From Takakia lepidozioides (lineage: Eukaryota; Plantae; Bryophyta): a stretch of 64,000 nucleotides of DNA. The translations under genes were made by a program, and so were the position numbers. The DNA is taken from contig CM060732.1 in the NCBI GenBank assembly GCA_030704615.1, positions 8,184,001-8,248,000 on the forward strand, written 5' to 3'. Positions 50,001-61,661 of the stretch are shown piece by piece (position 1 is the first letter of the stretch; every line of letters begins with the position of its first letter). Under the pieces are notes generated by a model. It did not search any database and had not been told where the DNA came from. It saw only the letters and a program-made list of their open reading frames with translations.

Positions 50001-53000
50001 ACCCCAAGCTATGGGGACTCCACCCCACAACATCCTACTCTCCCTCCATAAGTACACTCAGATGCTAAGCAACGAGGGAGCTCGATCGTGCAGGCTCAAC
50101 TCGAGAAAGATGAGCCGCACGACTGACGAGCTCGTAAAGATAAGATGGTTCAGGTGTCAAGCTAAACTTGACACCTGACTTAATACTTGAACTAATTCCA
50201 AGTGTTAAATACAAATAACTAGATTTATGCTATCAACTGCCAGACTTCTCTCAAAGTGCCTCGCTCTGCATGATGGTAAGGTGTGGGAGGTATATCTATA
50301 TCCAGAAACCTGCCAGTAACCTTATCCCAAGCTACAGTAGCTTGCTCTAATGAACCCTCCTCCTCTCTCTGCCAGGTAGAGACAAAACAATACTCCCCTA
50401 TCTCCCGCTCACTGAATACTAAAGAAAATAAAGGTAGGGTCTGACAATCTTTCAACTCGAAAGCTTTGAGACGGTTGCGGGTGTCCTCGATGCGAATGAC
50501 TGCATCTCCTTCAAGCAAAACAAACTGTTCGTTGTTAATGAACCCCCGTTCGTGGTTGCCTCGTGCAGAGCGTGTCCGGCTGCAACCACGTCTGATTGTA
50601 AAAACTTGTGCAGCTCCTGCTCCTCTGCTCCAGTACACCACGGCCTTGTGGCTGAACACCTTGGTCCCCGGGGTTGTCTTTGGCTGTGTTCCAAGCCTAG
50701 CTTCCACCCACTTTGGTATTTCACCTACAGCTGCAGAACTGCTTGCTCCAACAGAGTTCTGATTGTCCAAAGCAATATTGAGGCCCTCAACGCCAACTAC
50801 AACAGTTTGCTGTCTATTGCTAATGCCTGACTCCCAGTATGCAATCAACTTGTCCAACTGTTCTCCACTCAAATCAGTCTGAGTTCCTTGAGAAACATAA
50901 ATCTTGTCTCATTGTGTGCACAGGCTAAGAGAAGAGACCTGCCCTTCAATTACGTCCTCATTGCCCCCAGCCATACAAGGAGGACATCCACAGACTTGTC
51001 TCTCATGTAGACCACAACAGGTTCTAGAAATAGAATTGTGGATCTTTCATAGCACACTCACACTCACACTCAAGACCTGCAAACACTCAAGATCCGTCAT
51101 GTTCATCTTGCCACAGGACTGATCACTCAGTCATTCCATCATTGAAGTGCGCATTGCCCATTTTTGTGTGCCATTTGTCTCTTCACATTTAACCAAACGA
51201 CTCTGTGGAGTATATAGCCCAGTGTCCTCGAACTCGACAGCAACTGCCTCGTCTCGTCGTTCAAGGAATCCGTCAAACAAATCGCCGGTCCTCTTCGTGA
51301 TCTTCTTGTCAAGCAAACTAAACTGGTCCATATAGCATCATTCGATTTCAAAACCATCATATGTTGTTTCCTAGCACTGGTGAGGCCGCTGCTGCACTAG
51401 CCAGGCCTGTCACGACGTTCCAACCGACAACCATACTAGAAACAAATTGCACCACTACAGCCTGCTGTGCCGTGCCTAGCGAGGGCCGCGCCATTAATAG
51501 CCTCCTTATGTGTGGCCTACTAGAGTATTGTGAAAGCTTCATACAACAAAACTCGGTCTTAAATGTTCATGGCTGCACAGGGTCTAAGAGTCCGACCAAG
51601 CATCTTGTAGCTCGTGTATTCCTCTGCTCTGGCTACCCTGCAGGCTCCACGACTATATTATGTGGCTGCTTCAACGCCGCACAGCCCCTCTTTGTGCCTG
51701 CACTGTCTCACCAGGTTGCAGCAACCGCTAGCCCCTGTTTCAAGACTTCATCGCCCAATAACTACGGGCTGATCACCAGACTCTTTTTCTTGTGCACATA
51801 AACATGCTAGGCTTCAGATTCTGACAACATTTATGACACAAGCAACACTCCACCAGCTTTTTCACGGTCCACTTTGAACAAGCTGCTTTGCTCTTTCACC
51901 AACTTGCAAGCAACAACCTGCCGAGTTGTTTGTCCGCACAACTGCTACTCCGGCTTTGTATATCTTACGTAGAGCCTACGAGGCTGTCCAAGCCTCCATC
52001 CTCTTATTTGGCATCTTGTGTTGTGCCTCCCATGCACGCCATCGTACCATACCGCAGACAAAACCAGCATCAATGACTTCTACCTTAACCACTCATTAGG
52101 AGTTGTGCTTTCCCTACTTCAAATACCATCGACATAGTGCTAACATAAAAGAACTCTATCTAGCTTAGCACTACAAAAATCTAGACAGAGCATCTCTCTC
52201 GAGTGAAATGAAAACTAAACTCACATTGGCTGTTGACACAAAACACGAAATACAATATAATCACTCGTTAAAATAAGAGTCAAGCCAAGGGCACCCCAAG
52301 CTATGGGGACTCCACCCCACAACATCCTACTCTCCCTCCATAAGTACACTCAGATGCTAAGCAACGAGGGAGCTCGATCGTGCAGGCTCAACTCGAGAAA
52401 GATGAGCCGCACGACTGACGAGCTCGTAAAGATAAGATGGTTCAGGTGTCAAGCTAAACTTGACACCTGACTTAATACTTGAACTAATTCCAAGTGTTAA
52501 ATACAAATAACTAGATTTATGCTATCAACTGCCAGACTTCTCTCAAAGTGCCTCGCTCTGCATGATGGTAAGGTGTGGGAGGTATATCTATATCCAGAAA
52601 CCTGCCAGTAACCTTATCCCAAGCTACAGTAGCTTGCTCTAATGAACCCTCCTCCTCTCTCTGCCAGGTAGAGACAAAACAATACTCCCCTATCTCCCGC
52701 TCACTGAATACTAAAGAAAATAAAGGTAGGGTCTGACAATCTTTCAACTCGAAAGCTTTGAGACGGTTGCGGGTGTCCTCGATGCGAATGACTGCATCTC
52801 CTTCAAGCAAAACAAACTGTTCGTTGTTAATGAACCCCCGTTCGTGGTTGCCTCGTGCAGAGCGTGTCCGGCTGCAACCACGTCTGATTGTAAAAACTTG
52901 TGCAGCTCCTGCTCCTCTGCTCCAGTACACCACGGCCTTGTGGCTGAACACCTTGGTCCCCGGGGTTGTCTTTGGCTGTGTTCCAAGCCTAGCTTCCACC

Positions 53001-56000
53001 CACTTTGGTATTTCACCTACAGCTGCAGAACTGCTTGCTCCAACAGAGTTCTGATTGTCCAAAGCAATATTGAGGCCCTCAACGCCAACTACAACAGTTT
53101 GCTGTCTATTGCTAATGCCTGACTCCCAGTATGCAATCAACTTGTCCAACTGTTCTCCACTCAAATCAGTCTGAGTTCCTTGAGAAACATAAATCTTGTC
53201 TCATTGTGTGCACAGGCTAAGAGAAGAGACCTGCCCTTCAATTACGTCCTCATTGCCCCCAGCCATACAAGGAGGACATCCACAGACTTGTCTCTCATGT
53301 AGACCACAACAGGTTCTAGAAATAGAATTGTGGATCTTTCATAGCACACTCACACTCACACTCAAGACCTGCAAACACTCAAGATCCGTCATGTTCATCT
53401 TGCCACAGGACTGATCACTCAGTCATTCCATCATTGAAGTGCGCATTGCCCATTTTTGTGTGCCATTTGTCTCTTCACATTTAACCAAACGACTCTGTGG
53501 AGTATATAGCCCAGTGTCCTCGAACTCGACAGCAACTGCCTCGTCTCGTCGTTCAAGGAATCCGTCAAACAAATCGCCGGTCCTCTTCGTGATCTTCTTG
53601 TCAAGCAAACTAAACTGGTCCATATAGCATCATTCGATTTCAAAACCATCATATGTTGTTTCCTAGCACTGGTGAGGCCGCTGCTGCACTAGCCAGGCCT
53701 GTCACGACGTTCCAACCGACAACCATACTAGAAACAAATTGCACCACTACAGCCTGCTGTGCCGTGCCTAGCGAGGGCCGCGCCATTAATAGCCTCCTTA
53801 TGTGTGGCCTACTAGAGTACTGTGAAAGCTTCATACAACAAAACTCGGTCTTAAATGTTCATGGCTGCACAGGGTCTAAGAGTCCGACCAAGCATCTTGT
53901 AGCTCGTGTATTCCTCTGCTCTGGCTACCCTGCAGGCTCCACGACTATATTATGTGGCTGCTTCAACGCCGCACAGCCCCTCTTTGTGCCTGCACTGTCT
54001 CACCAGGTTGCAGCAACCGCTAGCCCCTGTTTCAAGACTTCATCGCCCAATAACTACGGGCTGATCACCAGACTCTTTTTCTTGTGCACATAAACATGCT
54101 AGGCTTCAGATTCTGACAACATTTATGACACAAGCAACACTCCACCAGCTTTTTCACGGTCCACTTTGAACAAGCTGCTTTGCTCTTTCACCAACTTGCA
54201 AGCAACAACCTGCCGAGTTGTTTGTCCGCACAACTGCTACTCCGGCTTTGTATATCTTACGTAGAGCCTACGAGGCTGTCCAAGCCTCCATCCTCTTATT
54301 TGGCATCTTGTGTTGTGCCTCCCATGCACGCCATCGTACCATACCGCAGACAAAACCAGCATCAATGACTTCTACCTTAACCACTCATTAGGAGTTGTGC
54401 TTTCCCTACTTCAAATACCATCGACATAGTGCTAACATAAAAGAACTCTATCTAGCTTAGCACTACAAAAATCTAGACAGAGCATCTCTCTCGAGTGAAA
54501 TGAAAACTAAACTCACATTGGCTGTTGACACAAAACACGAAATACAATATAATCACTCGTTAAAATAAGAGTCAAGCCAAGGGCACCCCAAGCTATGGGG
54601 ACTCCACCCCACAACATCCTACTCTCCCTCCATAAGTACACTCAGATGCTAAGCAACGAGGGAGCTCGATCGTGCAGGCTCAACTCGAGAAAGATGAGCC
54701 GCACGACTGACGAGCTCGTAAAGATAAGATGGTTCAGGTGTCAAGCTAAACTTGACACCTGACTTAATACTTGAACTAATTCCAAGTGTTAAATACAAAT
54801 AACTAGATTTATGCTATCAACTGCCAGACTTCTCTCAAAGTGCCTCGCTCTGCATGATGGTAAGGTGTGGGAGGTATATCTATATCCAGAAACCTGCCAG
54901 TAACCTTATCCCAAGCTACAGTAGCTTGCTCTAATGAACCCTCCTCCTCTCTCTGCCAGGTAGAGACAAAACAATACTCCCCTATCTCCCGCTCACTGAA
55001 TACTAAAGAAAATAAAGGTAGGGTCTGACAATCTTTCAACTCGAAAGCTTTGAGACGGTTGCGGGTGTCCTCGATGCGAATGACTGCATCTCCTTCAAGC
55101 AAAACAAACTGTTCGTTGTTAATGAACCCCCGTTCGTGGTTGCCTCGTGCAGAGCGTGTCCGGCTGCAACCACGTCTGATTGTAAAAACTTGTGCAGCTC
55201 CTGCTCCTCTGCTCCAGTACACCACGGCCTTGTGGCTGAACACCTTGGTCCCCGGGGTTGTCTTTGGCTGTGTTCCAAGCCTAGCTTCCACCCACTTTGG
55301 TATTTCACCTACAGCTGCAGAACTGCTTGCTCCAACAGAGTTCTGATTGTCCAAAGCAATATTGAGGCCCTCAACGCCAACTACAACAGTTTGCTGTCTA
55401 TTGCTAATGCCTGACTCCCAGTATGCAATCAACTTGTCCAACTGTTCTCCACTCAAATCAGTCTGAGTTCCTTGAGAAACATAAATCTTGTCTCATTGTG
55501 TGCACAGGCTAAGAGAAGAGACCTGCCCTTCAATTACGTCCTCATTGCCCCCAGCCATACAAGGAGGACATCCACAGACTTGTCTCTCATGTAGACCACA
55601 ACAGGTTCTAGAAATAGAATTGTGGATCTTTCATAGCACACTCACACTCACACTCAAGACCTGCAAACACTCAAGATCCGTCATGTTCATCTTGCCACAG
55701 GACTGATCACTCAGTCATTCCATCATTGAAGTGCGCATTGCCCATTTTTGTGTGCCATTTGTCTCTTCACATTTAACCAAACGACTCTGTGGAGTATATA
55801 GCCCAGTGTCCTCGAACTCGACAGCAACTGCCTCGTCTCGTCGTTCAAGGAATCCGTCAAACAAATCGCCGGTCCTCTTCGTGATCTTCTTGTCAAGCAA
55901 ACTAAACTGGTCCATATAGCATCATTCGATTTCAAAACCATCATATGTTGTTTCCTAGCACTGGTGAGGCCGCTGCTGCACTAGCCAGGCCTGTCACGAC

Positions 56001-59000
56001 GTTCCAACCGACAACCATACTAGAAACAAATTGCACCACTACAGCCTGCTGTGCCGTGCCTAGCGAGGGCCGCGCCATTAATAGCCTCCTTATGTGTGGC
56101 CTACTAGAGTATTGTGAAAGCTTCATACAACAAAACTCGGTCTTAAATGTTCATGGCTGCACAGGGTCTAAGAGTCCGACCAAGCATCTTGTAGCTCGTG
56201 TATTCCTCTGCTCTGGCTACCCTGCAGGCTCCACGACTATATTATGTGGCTGCTTCAACGCCGCACAGCCCCTCTTTGTGCCTGCACTGTCTCACCAGGT
56301 TGCAGCAACCGCTAGCCCCTGTTTCAAGACTTCATCGCCCAATAACTACGGGCTGATCACCAGACTCTTTTTCTTGTGCACATAAACATGCTAGGCTTCA
56401 GATTCTGACAACATTTATGACACAAGCAACACTCCACCAGCTTTTTCACGGTCCACTTTGAACAAGCTGCTTTGCTCTTTCACCAACTTGCAAGCAACAA
56501 CCTGCCGAGTTGTTTGTCCGCACAACTGCTACTCCGGCTTTGTATATCTTACGTAGAGCCTACGAGGCTGTCCAAGCCTCCATCCTCTTATTTGGCATCT
56601 TGTGTTGTGCCTCCCATGCACGCCATCGTACCATACCGCAGACAAAACCAGCATCAATGACTTCTACCTTAACCACTCATTAGGAGTTGTGCTTTCCCTA
56701 CTTCAAATACCATCGACATAGTGCTAACATAAAAGAACTCTATCTAGCTTAGCACTACAAAAATCTAGACAGAGCATCTCTCTCGAGTGAAATGAAAACT
56801 AAACTCACATTGGCTGTTGACACAAAACACGAAATACAATATAATCACTCGTTAAAATAAGAGTCAAGCCAAGGGCACCCCAAGCTATGGGGACTCCACC
56901 CCACAACATCCTACTCTCCCTCCATAAGTACACTCAGATGCTAAGCAACGAGGGAGCTCGATCGTGCAGGCTCAACTCGAGAAAGATGAGCCGCACGACT
57001 GACGAGCTCGTAAAGATAAGATGGTTCAGGTGTCAAGCTAAACTTGACACCTGACTTAATACTTGAACTAATTCCAAGTGTTAAATACAAATAACTAGAT
57101 TTATGCTATCAACTGCCAGACTTCTCTCAAAGTGCCTCGCTCTGCATGATGGTAAGGTGTGGGAGGTATATCTATATCCAGAAACCTGCCAGTAACCTTA
57201 TCCCAAGCTACAGTAGCTTGCTCTAATGAACCCTCCTCCTCTCTCTGCCAGGTAGAGACAAAACAATACTCCCCTATCTCCCGCTCACTGAATACTAAAG
57301 AAAATAAAGGTAGGGTCTGACAATCTTTCAACTCGAAAGCTTTGAGACGGTTGCGGGTGTCCTCGATGCGAATGACTGCATCTCCTTCAAGCAAAACAAA
57401 CTGTTCGTTGTTAATGAACCCCCGTTCGTGGTTGCCTCGTGCAGAGCGTGTCCGGCTGCAACCACGTCTGATTGTAAAAACTTGTGCAGCTCCTGCTCCT
57501 CTGCTCCAGTACACCACGGCCTTGTGGCTGAACACCTTGGTCCCCGGGGTTGTCTTTGGCTGTGTTCCAAGCCTAGCTTCCACCCACTTTGGTATTTCAC
57601 CTACAGCTGCAGAACTGCTTGCTCCAACAGAGTTCTGATTGTCCAAAGCAATATTGAGGCCCTCAACGCCAACTACAACAGTTTGCTGTCTATTGCTAAT
57701 GCCTGACTCCCAGTATGCAATCAACTTGTCCAACTGTTCTCCACTCAAATCAGTCTGAGTTCCTTGAGAAACATAAATCTTGTCTCATTGTGTGCACAGG
57801 CTAAGAGAAGAGACCTGCCCTTCAATTACGTCCTCATTGCCCCCAGCCATACAAGGAGGACATCCACAGACTTGTCTCTCATGTAGACCACAACAGGTTC
57901 TAGAAATAGAATTGTGGATCTTTCATAGCACACTCACACTCACACTCAAGACCTGCAAACACTCAAGATCCGTCATGTTCATCTTGCCACAGGACTGATC
58001 ACTCAGTCATTCCATCATTGAAGTGCGCATTGCCCATTTTTGTGTGCCATTTGTCTCTTCACATTTAACCAAACGACTCTGTGGAGTATATAGCCCAGTG
58101 TCCTCGAACTCGACAGCAACTGCCTCGTCTCGTCGTTCAAGGAATCCGTCAAACAAATCGCCGGTCCTCTTCGTGATCTTCTTGTCAAGCAAACTAAACT
58201 GGTCCATATAGCATCATTCGATTTCAAAACCATCATATGTTGTTTCCTAGCACTGGTGAGGCCGCTGCTGCACTAGCCAGGCCTGTCACGACGTTCCAAC
58301 CGACAACCATACTAGAAACAAATTGCACCACTACAGCCTGCTGTGCCGTGCCTAGCGAGGGCCGCGCCATTAATAGCCTCCTTATGTGTGGCCTACTAGA
58401 GTATTGTGAAAGCTTCATACAACAAAACTCGGTCTTAAATGTTCATGGCTGCACAGGGTCTAAGAGTCCGACCAAGCATCTTGTAGCTCGTGTATTCCTC
58501 TGCTCTGGCTACCCTGCAGGCTCCACGACTATATTATGTGGCTGCTTCAACGCCGCACAGCCCCTCTTTGTGCCTGCACTGTCTCACCAGGTTGCAGCAA
58601 CCGCTAGCCCCTGTTTCAAGACTTCATCGCCCAATAACTACGGGCTGATCACCAGACTCTTTTTCTTGTGCACATAAACATGCTAGGCTTCAGATTCTGA
58701 CAACATTTATGACACAAGCAACACTCCACCAGCTTTTTCACGGTCCACTTTGAACAAGCTGCTTTGCTCTTTCACCAACTTGCAAGCAACAACCTGCCGA
58801 GTTGTTTGTCCGCACAACTGCTACTCCGGCTTTGTATATCTTACGTAGAGCCTACGAGGCTGTCCAAGCCTCCATCCTCTTATTTGGCATCTTGTGTTGT
58901 GCCTCCCATGCACGCCATCGTACCATACCGCAGACAAAACCAGCATCAATGACTTCTACCTTAACCACTCATTAGGAGTTGTGCTTTCCCTACTTCAAAT

Positions 59001-59401
59001 ACCATCGACATAGTGCTAACATAAAAGAACTCTATCTAGCTTAGCACTACAAAAATCTAGACAGAGCATCTCTCTCGAGTGAAATGAAAACTAAACTCAC
59101 ATTGGCTGTTGACACAAAACACGAAATACAATATAATCACTCGTTAAAATAAGAGTCAAGCCAAGGGCACCCCAAGCTATGGGGACTCCACCCCACAACA
59201 TCCTACTCTCCCTCCATAAGTACACTCAGATGCTAAGCAACGAGGGAGCTCGATCGTGCAGGCTCAACTCGAGAAAGATGAGCCGCACGACTGACGAGCT
59301 CGTAAAGATAAGATGGTTCAGGTGTCAAGCTAAACTTGACACCTGACTTAATACTTGAACTAATTCCAAGTGTTAAATACAAATAACTAGATTTATTCTA
59401 G
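41039..59401. repeat. Head-to-tail tandem array of eight ~2292 bp units
   Basis: Identical ORF sets recur at an exact 2292 bp period (47933, 50225, 52517, 54809, 57101); three indel-rich copies start at ~41042, 43346 and ~45650. Confidence 0.98.
47933..48580 (-). pseudogene. 215-codon open C-terminal part of an interrupted ~1.9 kb unknown ORF in each array unit (also 50225-50872, 52517-53164, 54809-55456, 57101-57748)
   Basis: Open frame without an ATG start (TTG); protein-like minus-strand fragments continue upstream to ~49840 with stops and frameshifts; stop codon sits at the unit junction. Confidence 0.5.
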
Positions 59402-59479
59402 TTAGTTTCACACTGTGTTTATTTAACTTGACACATGGCAAAACCCAAAAAACCAAAAAAAAAAAGAATCCAGAAAAGC

Positions 59480-59825
59480 TTTCAAGGCGGTGCGTGTGCA
59501 GGGGGGATTAAGGTGTCGTCAACGACATCTTAATTCCAACAACCTCAACAGAATTTTCAAGGCGGTGCGTGTGCAGGTCGAGGGGATTAAGATGTCGTCA
59601 ACGACATCTTAGTTCCGACCACCTGAACAAAACTTTCACGGCGGTGCGTGTGCAGGTTGGAGGTATTAAGGTGTCGTCAACGACATCTTGTTTCCCACCA
59701 CCTTATGCGACATGTCAATTCATCGAAAAACCCAAATAACCAAAAAAATATGAATCCAACAAAGGTACGAAGGTAGTGCGTGTGCAAGTGGGTGGATTAA
59801 GGTGTCGTCAACGACATCTTAATTG
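59480..59825. repeat. Four palindromic repeats (first three with 79 bp period)
   Basis: Core ATTAAG(G/A)TGTCGT-CA-ACGACATCTT at 59507, 59586, 59665 and 59796, each preceded by GTGCGTGTGCA. Confidence 0.9.
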
Positions 59826-59869
59826 GAAAAACCACCAACCCCAATACAAACAAACCGAAAACAGATTCA

Positions 59870-60285
59870 ACCACCACTACAACAGTAGGTCCTCAAGGAC
59901 CAGCACCAACAGGAGGACCAGCACCTGTCAGTGGGCAGGGTGTATGGCCACAGATGGCGGTACCTCCAACACGGGCAAAACCACGTTTTCCAATATATGC
60001 AGGAAAAGGGGATCCTGATGTACACATCAGCCAATTTGAGCACATGTGTATTGTGAACAATGAGAATGGCGATAATGCCAAGATGAGACTGTTTCCTTGT
60101 TCACTTATCAAGAAAACAAGTGAATGGTATGCAAGATTTCCTAATAATCATTTCCTAACCTGGAATGGCCTTAGGAAACAGGTTTAGGACAAGCAAAATT
60201 GAGGATGAAGTGTATGGGAGTTTACAACAGTTAAAGCAAAGAAGCACGAAAGTGTTGAAGAGTACATGGAAAAGATGGAGTTGAC
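59870..60285 (+). mobile_element. Second copy of the gag fragment at 1520-2345
   Basis: PPTRAKPRFPIYAGKGDPDVHISQFEHMCIVNNENGDNAKMRLFPCSLIKKTSEWYARFP; nucleotide collinearity with 1546-1970. Confidence 0.85.
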
Positions 60286-61019
60286 ATGGGGGTGCACTCC
60301 AGCCAATATGTACCAGCCACGTGCGTGCACAGGAGGGGGTATTTTAAACCCCCCCATGTACAACATTATACATAAATAGGGGGATTTAAAACACGTTAAA
60401 TATAATGTTACAGGAGGGGGTTGTTGAATTGTAAGGGGTAGTCTAGTGGTAAGGACATTGATTAGTCCGCGATGCACGGCGAGATCAAATCGCGGTATCC
60501 TCTTTTTTGCTCTCTCTTTTCCCTCCTCTCCTCTCCTCTCCCCTCCTCTCCCGCGTTCGTGGGTGGGTGGTCGACCGCAGGGCATGGTATTCTTCTTGAT
60601 GTTTACAAGGTTCTTGGGAGGGTCAGCTTGGTCTTAGCAAGCCGTGTTTCAATCTCTCCTTGCTCAGCTGCACTGTGGTGGTTCTCAAAGACCAATCCGA
60701 CATTACCTGACTACAGCCATCAGCAGCACACAGAAGAGATCATTTTGGGGTTGATGGGAGGTCAAATCCTCCATGGGTCACAACACAAGGTCAAGGACAA
60801 TGTGGTGAGGGCACCTTCTTCTTCGACCTATTTCAGCCTGTTTTTCCCTCTCATCACACTCGGCGCCCCTGAATTTGCAGCACGGAGCAGAGCTGACAAA
60901 AGTTTTTTAAAGATCCTTCACGATGGTGGGACAACTGCAGTCGCAAGGTGTGGCGTTTTCTTAAGGTACAATGTGAAGAAGTTTGTCCATCCTGGAAATG
61001 CGGGCTCTTGCCTCCTATT

Positions 61020-61525
61020 AGTACCATGATTTGGTATTCTTCCAGCCCAGGCCAGTCACATTCGTTTGTTTTTGCAATGCGTGTGCGATCCTGGCAGCCT
61101 TGGAAAATGAGGAAGAGGTCCATGGTGGCATCATCAAAGCTGGGATTGTATCAGATGTCAATCTGACCAGTGCCGTGGTGGACATGTATGCCAAATGCGG
61201 GTGCATGAAGGATGCATTAAAGGGGGTGTTGGGCAGTATGGCTGAACGGAATGTGGTGTCATAGAGCGTGATGGTGGCAGCTATAAGCGCTACAAGGGCA
61301 GAGGAGGGAGGCTTTGGAGACCTCTAAGCACATGTACAAGCTTGGCAGCCCTGGAGATTGGAGAAGAGGTCCACGGTGGCATCGTCAAAGCTGTAGTGAT
61401 TGTATCAGATGTCATTATGAAAGCTGCCCTGGCGGACATGTATGTCAAATGTGGGTATGTGTAAGATGCAAAAGGAGTGATGGGCAGCTAAGGGGTTGTG
61501 TATGCAATGTGGTGTCATGGAGCAT
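61020..61525 (+). pseudogene. PLS-class PPR gene fragments
   Basis: VTFVCFCNACAILAALENEEEVHGGIIKAGIVSDVNLTSAVVDMYAKCGCMKDA...ERNVVS*; stops and frameshifts. Confidence 0.85.
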
Positions 61526-61661
61526 AGTGATGGAGCAAAGGTCGGGTTCCCCCCCTGAGTTTGAATTAAGTCTAGTGCAGAGAGGGTGATTTAGGGGCTG
61601 AGCTTTGGCTCAGCCTCAAGATTCAGAAAGTTGGTGCATAGAGTCCATTCAAATGGAGTAC

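Noticed and set aside
59246-59305. Hammerhead ribozyme (CTGACGA core following a stem)
   Set aside because: CUGANGA and a stem-I-like helix are present, but there is no correctly placed GAAA, stem III or NUH cleavage triplet.
59347-59357. Circovirus/geminivirus origin nonanucleotide (minus strand AAGTATTAA)
   Set aside because: It mismatches NANTATTAC, lies in a stem rather than a loop, and no Rep or capsid motifs are visible in the unit.
59480-59825. CRISPR-like array of palindromic repeats
   Set aside because: The inter-repeat sequences resemble each other rather than being unique spacers, there are no cas genes, and the context is eukaryotic.
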